From: Vicinamibacteria bacterium
Lineage (GTDB): Bacteria > Acidobacteriota > Vicinamibacteria > Marinacidobacterales > SMYC01
Direction: 5' to 3'
DNA: 61,605 bases
Assembly: GCA_035620555.1 (NCBI GenBank)
Contig: DASPGQ010000226.1
Location: 1-61,605, forward strand
Under the pieces are notes generated by a model. It was given only the letters and a program-made list of their open reading frames with translations, ran no database searches and was not told the origin of the DNA. Numbering within the stretch: the first letter of the stretch is position 1; each line of letters starts with the position of its first letter. The position numbers were made by a program, and so were the translations under genes. This document shows, in pieces, positions 35,645-46,644 of this stretch.

Positions 35645-37396
35645 TCAGAAACGAACGGTGACGCCCCCGAGAACGCGCCGGGGGGCGTCGATGACTGCGA
35701 ACTCGTCCAGCAGGGACGACTTCTCCAGGTCTTCGTAGAAAAGATTGCGCACCGCGACCATGAGCTCCCAACGCGTTCCGTTCCACCCGACGAACGGCAG
35801 CAGCTGGTAGACCTGGACGCTGAAACGGGTATCCAGCTCGCGTCCCGGTGTGAAACCTTTCCGGAGCGTCGCGATCTTGGGGTGGGCGATGACCCGGTAC
35901 GCCGCGTGCAGTCGCGTCCGCGTGCGCTCGATCGAAGTCGCCAGGGTGGTCGTCACGTCGTGGATGTCCTCTCCCGAAGCGAAGCCAAAGGCCTCGTCGC
36001 CGGGAAGGGTCGACAGACTCTGCGCGCGTCCGAACGTGTAACCGACGGTCCCTTCCATCTCGCCCAGATTCTGAAACAAGGACACGCCGATGCCCCGGGT
36101 CTGGAAGTCACCCCGATTCGAGACTCGAAAGTGACCTCCGCCGGACCCCGCTCCACTCTCCGTAAACGTCTTGACGAGCTGAGCTTCCGCGTCCTCTTCG
36201 AAGAGCCTCACGGCGACACGTGTGCGCTCCGAGAGCTGCTGCTCGAGGCCGACCTCGAAGCGAGCCGTCCTTTCCGCGCGAAGGCCCCGATTCGCCGGCA
36301 CCGGCCCATACACGTCGGAGTACGCCACCTGGGACAGGAGGCCGATGTCCTCGCCTCCCGGTGCTTGGATGTGATAATCCACCTTGCCGCGAAGCACGGT
36401 CGTCTCGCCCAGGATGGGCCGGGTGACTTCGATCCGCGGCGACCAGTAGCCAGAGGTATCCAGATAATCGAAATGCTGGTAGGAAAGATTCGTCGACACC
36501 GAGGTCGAGCCCAGGAGAAAGGTATCCGATGCGTAGAGGCTGCCGAACCACTCGGTCGTGCCGGTTGTCGAAACCCCTTTGATGAGGCCGGCCTCCGGCG
36601 GACGAAACCCCTGCACATCGCCGTAGAGATAGTTGCCATAGCTCACGCCACCGGCGACGCGGTGCCCGGAGAGCTCTCCCGTTACGTACTCCGCCCGGCC
36701 CGCCCAGGAGGAAAGTGCCGATTCGAGGAGTTGGGCGCTGACGAACCAGTGCCCGTCCCCTCCGGTGGGAATGAACAGCCGTGCGTACGCGAGCCGTGCA
36801 TCCAGCCCAGCCCCGGCCCCGGGAAACTCGGAGAGTCCCTGTTCGAAATCGGCGGCTCGCACGCCGAGCTCACCGCTGAAGGAAAACGCCGGTTCGTACG
36901 AGTCGCCCCGCGTCTCCAATGTGGTGACGGGAATCCACCGATCCTCTTCCCTGAGGATGTTCCGATCAGCGTGCTGAAGGATCCACTTGAGTTCCGCCAA
37001 GGTGCGCTCTTCGTTCGCTTCGACGTGAACCGTTGGCTCGTCCTGGGTCGACGAAAGACTCATCAGGATCGAGCCCACCTCCTCCGCGCCTTCCTCGACC
37101 ACCACTTTCGTAAACGGCGAAGGGAAGAACCCCTGGAGGTAAGCTCGCAGGCGATAGAGCCCAGGTGGAATGCCAGCGAGAGAGAACCGCCCCTCCTCGT
37201 CCGTAATCGCGGTGCGGGCACCGAGAACGAGATTGTGGCCGAACAACGAGACGATCGCCCCGACGAGGGGCTGGCCCTGCTCGTCGCCGACGAAGCCGGC
37301 AAGCTCGGTGACAGGCGACTCGGTCTCGGCGAGCGCGGTTGCGCTCAGAGCGAGCCCGATCAAGGAAGCCATCAGGACCTTCCGGGCTGCGGTCAT
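35645..37396 (-). CDS. Outer-membrane beta-barrel protein with an N-terminal CarboxypepD_reg-like domain (TonB-dependent-receptor-like, no obvious plug)
   Basis: ORF trimmed to ATG 37396. Signal peptide MTAARKVLMASLIGLALSATALA. GFVGDEQGQPLVGAIVSLFG...DEEGRFSLAGIPPGLYRLRAY. Alternating beta-strand pattern. The terminal ...LGGVTVRF ends in an aromatic residue, typical of OMPs. Confidence 0.75.
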   Translation of the reverse strand: MTAARKVLMASLIGLALSATALAETESPVTELAGFVGDEQGQPLVGAIVSLFGHNLVLGARTAITDEEGRFSLAGIPPGLYRLRAYLQGFFPSPFTKVVVEEGAEEVGSILMSLSSTQDEPTVHVEANEERTLAELKWILQHADRNILREEDRWIPVTTLETRGDSYEPAFSFSGELGVRAADFEQGLSEFPGAGAGLDARLAYARLFIPTGGDGHWFVSAQLLESALSSWAGRAEYVTGELSGHRVAGGVSYGNYLYGDVQGFRPPEAGLIKGVSTTGTTEWFGSLYASDTFLLGSTSVSTNLSYQHFDYLDTSGYWSPRIEVTRPILGETTVLRGKVDYHIQAPGGEDIGLLSQVAYSDVYGPVPANRGLRAERTARFEVGLEQQLSERTRVAVRLFEEDAEAQLVKTFTESGAGSGGGHFRVSNRGDFQTRGIGVSLFQNLGEMEGTVGYTFGRAQSLSTLPGDEAFGFASGEDIHDVTTTLATSIERTRTRLHAAYRVIAHPKIATLRKGFTPGRELDTRFSVQVYQLLPFVGWNGTRWELMVAVRNLFYEDLEKSSLLDEFAVIDAPRRVLGGVTVRF

Positions 37397-37626
37397 CGAG
37401 ATCGCCCCTCTTCCGAGTGCGTTTCGACGTGAAAAGCGATCGACCCGGCCTTCTGTCGACCGTGAGCGTGGGCTCCTGACGCCACACTCATCCCCGGAAA
37501 CCCCTGTCCGATCCGTCGAGAGATGCATGGCGTTAGTGCAGCTAGAGAGACTCCCCTACCATCGACTAGAATATAGCCGAATCGTAACCGACTTTGTTAC
37601 CACAGGCTCGGGAGCGTGTCAATTGA

Positions 37627-39313
<1,687 letters not shown>

Positions 39314-39360
39314 ACTCCTGAGGAAATCTTAGCAAACGCACCCAGGCCCGACAACCAGAC

Positions 39361-39443
39361 TTCTAGTGCTCAATGCCGTGGCGGGACCTGTGTTCGACCG
39401 GCCGCCACGGCTCGGCCTTTGCGGCGCTTGGCGCCGATCTCGC
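39361..39443. repeat. Dispersed double-hairpin intergenic repeat, copy 2
   Basis: Same element as 25931-26019. Hairpin 1 is GCCGTGGCGG (39375-39384) paired with CCGCCACGGC (39402-39411). Hairpin 2 is GGCGC (39423-39427) paired with GCGCC (39431-39435). It lies between two minus-strand genes. Confidence 0.8.
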
Positions 39444-39495
39444 GGCAGACGTTTTGGCCACCGCTCGGCAGGCTGAGTTGTCCTTTTTCATCAGC

Positions 39496-39861
39496 CTAGT
39501 AGGTCAGCGCTTCCACACGGTCCCGAACGTTCCACACGTAGATTTGATTCGGCCAGAAGTTGATGTGCAGCTGGTAGGCGACGTCGATGGAAGTGCGTTT
39601 CGTTTTCGCGTTCCGATCGACGCGGACTTTCTCCGCGAGCAAGGTGATCCCATAACCCTCCGCCAGCTCGACCACACGGCTTCGAATCGTCTCGGAGCTG
39701 TCCTGGACGGGTGCGTTCGCCGCGACGTTGAGATCGCCGAGAAACTTCAGGCGCACGACCACTGCGGGGGTGACCTGGGCGACGAAATAGGCGAGCACGA
39801 AAAGGAAGACCACTTCCAGAAGGGTCCGGACCCGAATCGCCCCCATGTGTCCAGATTTCAT
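39496..39861 (-). CDS. Hypothetical small membrane-anchored protein (DUF4845-like, tentative)
   Basis: 121 aa with one N-terminal TM (LLEVVFLFVLAYFVAQV) followed by a soluble domain of about 85 aa. The family call is from memory of DUF4845 architecture only. Confidence 0.55.
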   Translation of the reverse strand: MKSGHMGAIRVRTLLEVVFLFVLAYFVAQVTPAVVVRLKFLGDLNVAANAPVQDSSETIRSRVVELAEGYGITLLAEKVRVDRNAKTKRTSIDVAYQLHINFWPNQIYVWNVRDRVEALTY

Positions 39862-39949
39862 CAGCCAATTAGTTTCGAAGGCAGAGCCTCGCTAGAATGT
39901 CGCCGGGAACTCCGAATCTCGACTCGACGTTACGTCCATTCGTAAACCC

Positions 39950-40876
39950 ATGTCAATCGTCAAAGCCAGTGCTCTCACGGTTCGCTACGGAAGACACGAA
40001 GCGCTCTCCCATCTGGAACTGGAGATCCCCCGAGGCGTAACCGGTCTTTTGGGCCCGAACGGCGCGGGGAAGAGCACGCTGCTCAAGACACTTCTCGGCT
40101 TCTTGCGACCGAGCGCGGGAACGCTGTCGGTGCTGGGCGTGCCGGCACCAGAGGCAAGGAGCGCCGAGCTCCGGACGCGCCTCGGTTACTTTCCCGAGCG
40201 TTCGGTGTTGGTACCCGGCATGAGCGCCGTCGACACCGTCGCCCTCGCGGGAGAGCTCGGAGGCCTCAGGCGCACGGACGCACTCGAGAGGGCCCACGAA
40301 GCGCTCTGGTTCACCGGGCTCGGCGACGCACGCTATCGCCTGGTGGAGGAGTTCTCCACGGGTATGAAGCAGCGAACGAAGCTGGCCTGTGCTCTGGTTC
40401 ACGATCCCGACCTTCTGCTTCTCGACGAGCCGACCAGCGGGCTCGACCCTTCCGGCCGACGGCAGATGCTCGAGCTGGTTCGCGTCATCGGCGGCGCCGG
40501 TATCTCGGTGATCTTGTCGACGCATTTGTTGAACGACGTGGAGCAGGTCTCCGACGGGGTCGTCTTGCTCGACCGCGGTCGTCTGGTGCTCGAGGGACAG
40601 CTTTCTAGCCTGCGACAACCGACCGGGTGGGTCTTCGACCTCCGCGTGAGGGAAACCCGGCCTGGGGCGTTCAGCGAACGGCTGCGAGAGCACGGAATCC
40701 AGAGTACCGAGGATCGTGACGGCCTCCTTCGCGTGGAGCTGAACGGCGCCGCCACGCGGCCGCTATTCGAGCTCGCCCACCTGGCCGGAGCCGAGATCCG
40801 TCATCTGAAACGACACGAACGCAATCTGAAGGACACCCTCACCACCGCTCTCGACCAGAGCACCCACGCGGGCTGA
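39950..40876 (+). CDS. ABC transporter ATP-binding protein (ABC-2 subfamily), pair 1
   Basis: Walker A GPNGAGKST, signature FSTGMKQR, Walker B LLLLDEPTSGLD, H-loop STHLL. C-terminal accessory domain. Confidence 0.9.
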   Translation: MSIVKASALTVRYGRHEALSHLELEIPRGVTGLLGPNGAGKSTLLKTLLGFLRPSAGTLSVLGVPAPEARSAELRTRLGYFPERSVLVPGMSAVDTVALAGELGGLRRTDALERAHEALWFTGLGDARYRLVEEFSTGMKQRTKLACALVHDPDLLLLDEPTSGLDPSGRRQMLELVRVIGGAGISVILSTHLLNDVEQVSDGVVLLDRGRLVLEGQLSSLRQPTGWVFDLRVRETRPGAFSERLREHGIQSTEDRDGLLRVELNGAATRPLFELAHLAGAEIRHLKRHERNLKDTLTTALDQSTHAG

Positions 40877-41718
40877 TGCCACTTTACGATCGTTCCTACC
40901 AGAGAGTCTCGCGAACGCGCACGGCGCGGCCATCACGCGTGATCGCACTGGCTCGCGAGACGGTGAAGATGCTCCTGCGGCGGCGGGGACTTCTCGCGTT
41001 GCTTGCTTTCTCTTGGATACCGGCGCTCGTACGCGCCGTTCAGATCTATGCGAGTCATCAATTCCCTCAGGCTGCCGACTTCTTCTCGGTGAGCGCGGCG
41101 ACGTGGCAGGAGTTTCTCGGTCAACAAGTACGTTTGTTACCCGTCGTGCTCGTGAGCCTCTATGTGGGTGCCGGCGCCATCTCGTCGGACTTCGCCTCGG
41201 GCGCCTACGTGCTCTACCTCTCGAAACCCATTTCTCAACTCGACTACCTCGCCGGGCGGGCGCTTCCAGTGTTTGGGGCGATCTCCTTCGTGACGCTCGT
41301 GCCCGGGCTCGCTCTTCTGGCACTCGAGCTGACGATTGCGGGAGACGCCTCCATTCTTCGCGAGGGGCCTTGGCTCCCGGTTTCCATTGCCGCTTACAGC
41401 CTATGGCTCGGCCTCTACTTCACGATGCTCGTCCTCTCCATCTCGAGCCTCTCGCGAAGCGGCCGCGTCGCCGGGGCCGGTTTCGCCGCTCTCGTTCTCG
41501 GCACCGAAGTGGTACTTCGAGGCGCAGTCCAGAGATCCACGAGCACCGACCTGCCTTTCAGCCTGGGCATCGTGAGTGCGGCCGTCGACGCCGGGCATGT
41601 CTTCTTCCGAAGCGATTCCCGCTCGTCTTGGAGCTCGATTCTCGTCATGGCGCTTTCGATGGTCGTCTGTGCGCTCGTCCTGAGGCGGCGTCTGGCTTCT
41701 TCGGAGGTCGTCCAGTGA
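40876..41718 (+). CDS. ABC-2-type transporter permease, pair 1
   Basis: About 6 TM helices. The start shares a base with the upstream stop (TGATG). Composition typical of ABC-2 membrane proteins. Confidence 0.75.
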   Translation: MPLYDRSYQRVSRTRTARPSRVIALARETVKMLLRRRGLLALLAFSWIPALVRAVQIYASHQFPQAADFFSVSAATWQEFLGQQVRLLPVVLVSLYVGAGAISSDFASGAYVLYLSKPISQLDYLAGRALPVFGAISFVTLVPGLALLALELTIAGDASILREGPWLPVSIAAYSLWLGLYFTMLVLSISSLSRSGRVAGAGFAALVLGTEVVLRGAVQRSTSTDLPFSLGIVSAAVDAGHVFFRSDSRSSWSSILVMALSMVVCALVLRRRLASSEVVQ

Positions 41719-42644
41719 GCGTCATCGAGCTTCGTCGGGTCTCGCGCTGGTATGGAAGTGCCCTCGGACTGAGGCGAGTCGACCTCGATTTCGATCCGGG
41801 GGTAACCGCTCTGCTGGGCCCGAACGGCGCGGGCAAGTCGACGCTGATCCGAATCGTGGCCGGGCTTCTTCGGCCGAGCTCGGGCGCGGTCTCGGTGGCC
41901 GGAGAAGCACCTTTCGCGAACTCGCGAGTGTTCGAACGGCTCGGCGTCGTTCTCGAGGAGGGAGAGCTGCGACCGCAAGCCCGAATCAGCGTCTCGGATT
42001 GGCTCGTCTTTCTCCTGAGGCTCAACGGCTTCGCCGAAGCCCGGGCCCGAGAGCTCGCGACGAGCCGCCTCTCCGAGCTCGGCTTGCTCGAGGCGCAAGA
42101 TCGCAGCGTGACCACCCTCAGCCGGGGAATGAAGCAGAGGCTGCGGCTCGCGCAGGCCGCCGCCCACGATCCCGATCTGCTCTTGCTCGACGAGCCCTTG
42201 AGCGGCCTCGACCCCCTGGGCCGGCACGAGGTGATCGAGTGGCTGAGAGCTCAGGGCGAAAGAGGAAAGACAATCGTGGTCTCGAGCCACATCCTCCATG
42301 AGGTCGAGCTCATGACCCAGAACGTCGTGCTCATGGCCGAAGGCACCGTGCTCGCGAGCGGGAACCTCCGTGAGATCCGAGCGCTGATCGATTCCCACCC
42401 CCACCGCATCGCGATCCGGACACCGTCCCCCCGCGCGCTTGCACGGCGGCTGCTCGAGGCACCGGCGGTGCTATCGATCGAGTTCTCCGAGCAGCTCGGA
42501 CGGCTCGAGCTCGAGACCAACGATCCCGAGAGCTTCTACGCTTTCGTCTCCGCCCTCGTCCTCGAGGAGAACGCCGTGGTCGACGAGATCCAGTCGGCCG
42601 ACGACGATCTGGAATCCGTGTTTCGCTACCTGGTTGGCCCGTGA
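41715..42644 (+). CDS. ABC transporter ATP-binding protein (ABC-2 subfamily), pair 2
   Basis: ORF 41013..42644 trimmed to GTG 41715, which overlaps the permease stop (GTGA). Walker A GPNGAGKST, signature LSRGMKQR, Walker B LLLLDEPLSGLD, H-loop SSHIL. Confidence 0.88.
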   Translation: MSVIELRRVSRWYGSALGLRRVDLDFDPGVTALLGPNGAGKSTLIRIVAGLLRPSSGAVSVAGEAPFANSRVFERLGVVLEEGELRPQARISVSDWLVFLLRLNGFAEARARELATSRLSELGLLEAQDRSVTTLSRGMKQRLRLAQAAAHDPDLLLLDEPLSGLDPLGRHEVIEWLRAQGERGKTIVVSSHILHEVELMTQNVVLMAEGTVLASGNLREIRALIDSHPHRIAIRTPSPRALARRLLEAPAVLSIEFSEQLGRLELETNDPESFYAFVSALVLEENAVVDEIQSADDDLESVFRYLVGP

Positions 42645-43411
42645 GACTGGCTCCGGTCGCGCTCGTGGCGAAGTTCTCGTTCGAGCAGCTCCTATGGTCT
42701 CCTCGCACGCTCGCCGCTCTGCTCGTCGCCGCGGCGCCAGCGGGTCTCGCGAGTGCCTATCGAGTGGCTCTGTCGCTCGGTTACTCGGAAGCGCCCACGG
42801 CCTTTGAAACGTTCTCCGTGGTCACGGCAGCCGTCGGCTTTCAGTTCGTCGCACCGATGCTCGCCCTGTTCTATGCCAGCGGTGTCATCCTGGACGATCT
42901 CGAGGCGGGAACGTTGCCCTACCTCGCGACTCGGCCGCTGACGCGGACCGAGCTCCTCTCGGGAAAGATGCTCGGAAGCCTCACTCTGTGCCTCGTACTG
43001 TTCCTCCCCTCGATCGTTCTGGCATATTACGTCGCCCTTTCGGCAGAAGGTCTCGACGCAATCGGAGCTCGATTTGGAAGTCTCGTCCTCGATCTCCTGG
43101 CGGGAGTGTTGGGAATCGCGGCCTACCACGGACTTTTCGCGATGCTCGGCACTCTGGTCTCGAGGCCTCTCCTGGTGGGGCTGTTCTTCGTATTCGGATG
43201 GCAGGCGGGCGCCACCTTCGTGCCCGGCTCGGCTCGCTACCTGACGATTACCCATTATCTCTATGCGCTCGTATCTCAGGAGAACCTGTCGGCCGCGAGT
43301 CGGGTCTTCGGACAGCGTCCGGGTGTCGGCCTCGCCCTTTTGGCGTTGATGGCCATTATCGCGGTCACTCACGGAGTCTCCCTCTGGCGATTCGGCCACA
43401 GGGAGCTGTGA
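42641..43411 (+). CDS. ABC-2-type transporter permease, pair 2
   Basis: GTG start overlapping the upstream stop (GTGA). About 6 TM helices. Confidence 0.75.
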   Translation: MRLAPVALVAKFSFEQLLWSPRTLAALLVAAAPAGLASAYRVALSLGYSEAPTAFETFSVVTAAVGFQFVAPMLALFYASGVILDDLEAGTLPYLATRPLTRTELLSGKMLGSLTLCLVLFLPSIVLAYYVALSAEGLDAIGARFGSLVLDLLAGVLGIAAYHGLFAMLGTLVSRPLLVGLFFVFGWQAGATFVPGSARYLTITHYLYALVSQENLSAASRVFGQRPGVGLALLALMAIIAVTHGVSLWRFGHREL

Positions 43412-43481
43412 GTCCTCCTCGGTTGCGGCATAATGGAACTTGGGGTTTCGAGCTTACGTCTTGGGGGCGGAGGGTTTTTCG

Positions 43482-44504
43482 ATGAACCGAACGAAGAAAA
43501 CGCGCTGGATACTCACCATCGCGGCAACCACGCTGGTCTCGGGGCTTTGTATCGGAGCGCTGGCGCACGTGGCGCGCCGGAGCGAAAGCCAGGAGAGCCT
43601 GCCCCTGACCGAGTCCCACCTGAAGTGGGTTCCCAGCTCGGCCACGCTCGCGGGCCATGTGAACCTTCGAGCCCTCGCCGAGAGTCCTCTGTTCGAGGCA
43701 TGGCGTCTTCGCGAAGAGGCCAGGACCGGGCTCGAGGCATTGAGCGAGTTGAGGCGACGGACGGGAATCGATCCGCTGACGGACCTCGACACCGCAACCT
43801 TCTCCGTGGTCGAGTCAGCACAGGCATCGCCGAATTCCCCGCCCGAGCATTGGGGCGTTTCCGTTCGGGGGGCGATCGATGGCACGCACCTGCTGCGGGA
43901 GCTTCGCAAACACGGTGAGGTCGTCTCCGGCGAGTACGAAGGCATTGCGGTGCACGAATTCACCGACCGACGCGGACGTGAGCTGGCCTTCGCGGTGGCA
44001 AGCGCCGATACACTCCTCGTGGGAGGGCCCGATTACCTGCGTCAAATGCTCGATGCCGGAGCCGGCAAAGAGCCGAGCGTGGGCCTCGAGACTCTCCTCG
44101 AAGGCATCGACGGACCGAGCCTCAGAAACGAGACTTTCTGGGTGGTTGGCAAAGCCTCGAAGACGATCGGAAGCCTCCTTTCGACTGGCCCCGGGTCCGA
44201 TCTGCCGTCGATTCGGTCGTTTGCGCTCTCGGGTCGAATCGCCCGCGACCTCCAGCTGAAGGCTCAGGGGAAAGCATCCGACGCCGTCGCGGCGCAGCAG
44301 CTTGCCGACGTGGCCCGAGGAATGGCGGCTCTTGGTCGACTCCGAGAGGGTATGGACCCCACGTTCCTCAGCGTCCTCGAATCGGTCTCGATCGCACAGC
44401 TCGACGATCGGATCGAGATATCCGTGACGGTGCCGAATGCGGCGATGGAGCGTCTTCTGGAGAGCAATCTCGAGAAAGCCCACCCCGATGGTAATTTACG
44501 CTAA
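43482..44504 (+). CDS. Hypothetical membrane-anchored periplasmic protein
   Basis: ORF trimmed to ATG 43482 (GGCGGAGGG upstream). MNRTKKTRWILTIAATTLVSGLCIGALA signal-anchor. No family recognised. Last gene of the ABC cluster. Confidence 0.6.
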   Translation: MNRTKKTRWILTIAATTLVSGLCIGALAHVARRSESQESLPLTESHLKWVPSSATLAGHVNLRALAESPLFEAWRLREEARTGLEALSELRRRTGIDPLTDLDTATFSVVESAQASPNSPPEHWGVSVRGAIDGTHLLRELRKHGEVVSGEYEGIAVHEFTDRRGRELAFAVASADTLLVGGPDYLRQMLDAGAGKEPSVGLETLLEGIDGPSLRNETFWVVGKASKTIGSLLSTGPGSDLPSIRSFALSGRIARDLQLKAQGKASDAVAAQQLADVARGMAALGRLREGMDPTFLSVLESVSIAQLDDRIEISVTVPNAAMERLLESNLEKAHPDGNLR

Positions 44505-45844
44505 TCGACGATGAGGCCCGGTACCTCGGGGATCGTTTGGTGCCCCAAGCTCGGCTCGACGAGACGCTCCTGGGGCCGGGCAAAGAGGTAACCCTGCCCG
44601 TAGGGAATCCCGAGCTCGAGGAGCGTGTGGAGCTCTTCGACTCGCTCGACTCCCTCGGCGATGACATCGGCACCAATATTGGTCGAGAGTGCTTGGATCG
44701 CTTTTAGCATTTCGCGCTTCACGAAGCTGGTATGGATGTCGCGCACCATCATCAAGTCGAACTTCAGGTACCGGGGGTTGAGGCGGACGATCTTCTCCAG
44801 GCCTGAGTAGCCGGCACCCATGTCGTCGATGGCGATGGAGAATCCCATGTCGGTGAACGTCTTCATCGCGTCGAGAAACAGGTCGTAGTTCTCGATCGCC
44901 AGCCGCTCGGTAATCTCCAGTACGATTCCTGAAGGGGAGAGCCCCTTCTGGTCGAGCAACCCGACGATCCGCTCTCCCTGGAACTCGGGGTCGCGAAGGG
45001 TCGTCGGTAACAGATTCACGAAGAGCTTGTGCCCTTGTTTGAGACGCGAGGCATTGCTGAAGGCGCGGCGGCGGCAGAGTCGGTCCAGCTCGAACTGTAG
45101 ATTCGCATCGCTGGCCAGGTCGAACATGACCTGAGGGCTCTCGTAGCGCGCGGCCCGGGGGCCGCGCGTCAGCGCCTCGAAACCGATCGTTTCGAGAGAC
45201 GTCAAGTCCAGAATCGGCTGGAAGACCGTGCGGACGTCCTCGTTGAGGATAATCCTCTGAAGGAGCTCCTTGCTCTTGGCCGCGAGGCGGTATTCCTGGT
45301 ATCTTGACATCGTTCGTGCCTCGTCGATGAGCTGGAGCACGAGTCGTTCCTCGTTGATGAGCGGATTGTGTAGCACCAGGCCGTAGCCGACCGCGACCTT
45401 GAACTTCCCCTTCAGATAGGGGCTGGTCATCCGCGACAGGTGCCGCGTCAAGTCGGCGTGAATCCGCTCGGCCATCGCCTCGAGCTCCGCCGCGCCCGAC
45501 AAGAACACGAGAAACGTATCCCCCCCGGGCTCGCTGACGGTGACGAGATCGTCGCGACGGAATTCGGAGGGCTTGTTGAGCATGAGGTTGGTGAGGAGAC
45601 TTCGGACCTGGTCGTGAATGAGATCTCCGTAGTCGTGCTCGATCTGGGCGAGATTGGATGCCTCGACGTAGAGAAGGGCGAGGCATCGATTCTCGGCGAG
45701 CATCTCGTGAATTTCGTCGGCATGCTCCCGGTAACACCGAATGGGCTCTCGCGCGGCGCGTACGCTTACGGACTCTGCGGAAGACTGCGCGCGTTCCGCC
45801 GCCTCGAAGACATTGCCGATCACGGCGGGCCTGGCAAGGCTCAC
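44501..45844 (-). CDS. Degenerate-GGDEF plus EAL domain protein (c-di-GMP phosphodiesterase type)
   Basis: EAL domain: FQPILDL...IGFEALTRG...VNLLP...VLEITER...AIDDMGAGYSGL...KFD...VIAEGVE...GQGYLFARP. Upstream domain carries GGDTF in place of GGDEF. The track ORF reaches TTG 46033, but codons 45845-46033 have reduced GC3. I prefer GTG 45844, preceded by GGGGAAG. Confidence 0.8.
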   Translation of the reverse strand: MSLARPAVIGNVFEAAERAQSSAESVSVRAAREPIRCYREHADEIHEMLAENRCLALLYVEASNLAQIEHDYGDLIHDQVRSLLTNLMLNKPSEFRRDDLVTVSEPGGDTFLVFLSGAAELEAMAERIHADLTRHLSRMTSPYLKGKFKVAVGYGLVLHNPLINEERLVLQLIDEARTMSRYQEYRLAAKSKELLQRIILNEDVRTVFQPILDLTSLETIGFEALTRGPRAARYESPQVMFDLASDANLQFELDRLCRRRAFSNASRLKQGHKLFVNLLPTTLRDPEFQGERIVGLLDQKGLSPSGIVLEITERLAIENYDLFLDAMKTFTDMGFSIAIDDMGAGYSGLEKIVRLNPRYLKFDLMMVRDIHTSFVKREMLKAIQALSTNIGADVIAEGVERVEELHTLLELGIPYGQGYLFARPQERLVEPSLGHQTIPEVPGLIVD

Positions 45845-46047
45845 GAGGTCTTCCCCTGGATCATGCCGCGATTCGACTCCCGGGCGACAACCTAGCAAGG
45901 CCCGTGCCCACGAGTTCCCGCCGGTGCGGGGATCGTGGATGGTATTGATTCCGTGGAGGTTGACCTCAGCGCCTGGCGGGAGTCGCGAAGGCGCCCTCGT
46001 ACCCAGGTGTGGTGTATGTCCCACGAATCCCAACGCCCTTATGCCGT

Positions 46048-46053
46048 TATAAT
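46048..46053 (+). promoter_or_regulatory. Perfect -10 hexamer TATAAT upstream of the cNMP-binding gene
   Basis: TATAAT at 46048-46053, GGGAAGG Shine-Dalgarno at 46066-46072, ATG at 46081. No convincing -35. Confidence 0.4.
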
Positions 46054-46080
46054 GTGTCCCCCCAGCGGGAAGGTTAGTCG

Positions 46081-46587
46081 ATGCTGTCCTTGATGGAGAT
46101 CATCCTCGCGCTCAAGAGGACTCCAATGTTCCAGGGAGTGCCCGGTGAGGGATTGAAGCGATTGTCCGATTTCATCCAGGAGAAGACCGTCCGGGCCGGC
46201 GAAGTGATTTTCCGGGAGGACGAGCTCGGCGAGGAGATGTACATCGTGCGGTCCGGCCGGGTCAGCGTACATCAGGAGGTAAAGGGGGGACGCGTGTCGT
46301 TGCTCGTAGTGGAGACGGGAGGCTACTTCGGCGAAATGGCGATCATCGACGACCTTCCACGCTCCGCCTCGGCGACGGCCGAAGTCGACACCAGCCTGTT
46401 CGTTCTTCACAAGACCGACTTCCGCTCGGCCGTCCAGGACTACCCGGACATCGCCTTCGAGATCCTGCGTGAGTTCAGCAGACGGTTGCGGCACGCCGAC
46501 CGCCGGCACCGCGAGCTGATGGACGAAGCCAATGCCGTTTCGACGATTCGAGCCAAAGAGGACCGTTCGGGAAAATCCGAGCCCTGA
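46081..46587 (+). CDS. Stand-alone cyclic-nucleotide-binding domain protein (no DNA-binding domain)
   Basis: LKRTPMFQGVPGEGLKRLSDF...GEVIFREDELGEEMYIVRSGRV...GGYFGEMAIIDDLPRSASATA is the canonical cNMP-binding beta-roll with its phosphate-binding cassette. The C-terminus has no HTH. Confidence 0.88.
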   Translation: MLSLMEIILALKRTPMFQGVPGEGLKRLSDFIQEKTVRAGEVIFREDELGEEMYIVRSGRVSVHQEVKGGRVSLLVVETGGYFGEMAIIDDLPRSASATAEVDTSLFVLHKTDFRSAVQDYPDIAFEILREFSRRLRHADRRHRELMDEANAVSTIRAKEDRSGKSEP

Positions 46588-46644
46588 CGGCGGAACCGGA
46601 GCTGGACTTCCGGTCGAACGGGAGCCGCACGAGGCGTCAGGGCT

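Noticed and set aside
31080-37432. Long plus-strand ORFs 31080..32654, 33610..35529 and 35582..37432
   Set aside because: Each lies antisense to a motif-rich minus-strand gene (sigma-54 regulator, histidine kinase, OMP). They have no domains, and their composition is biased toward R, G, E, D, H and P. The same reasoning applies to 7905..9494, 47008..48585, 52907..54502, 24036..24956 and 17951..18805.
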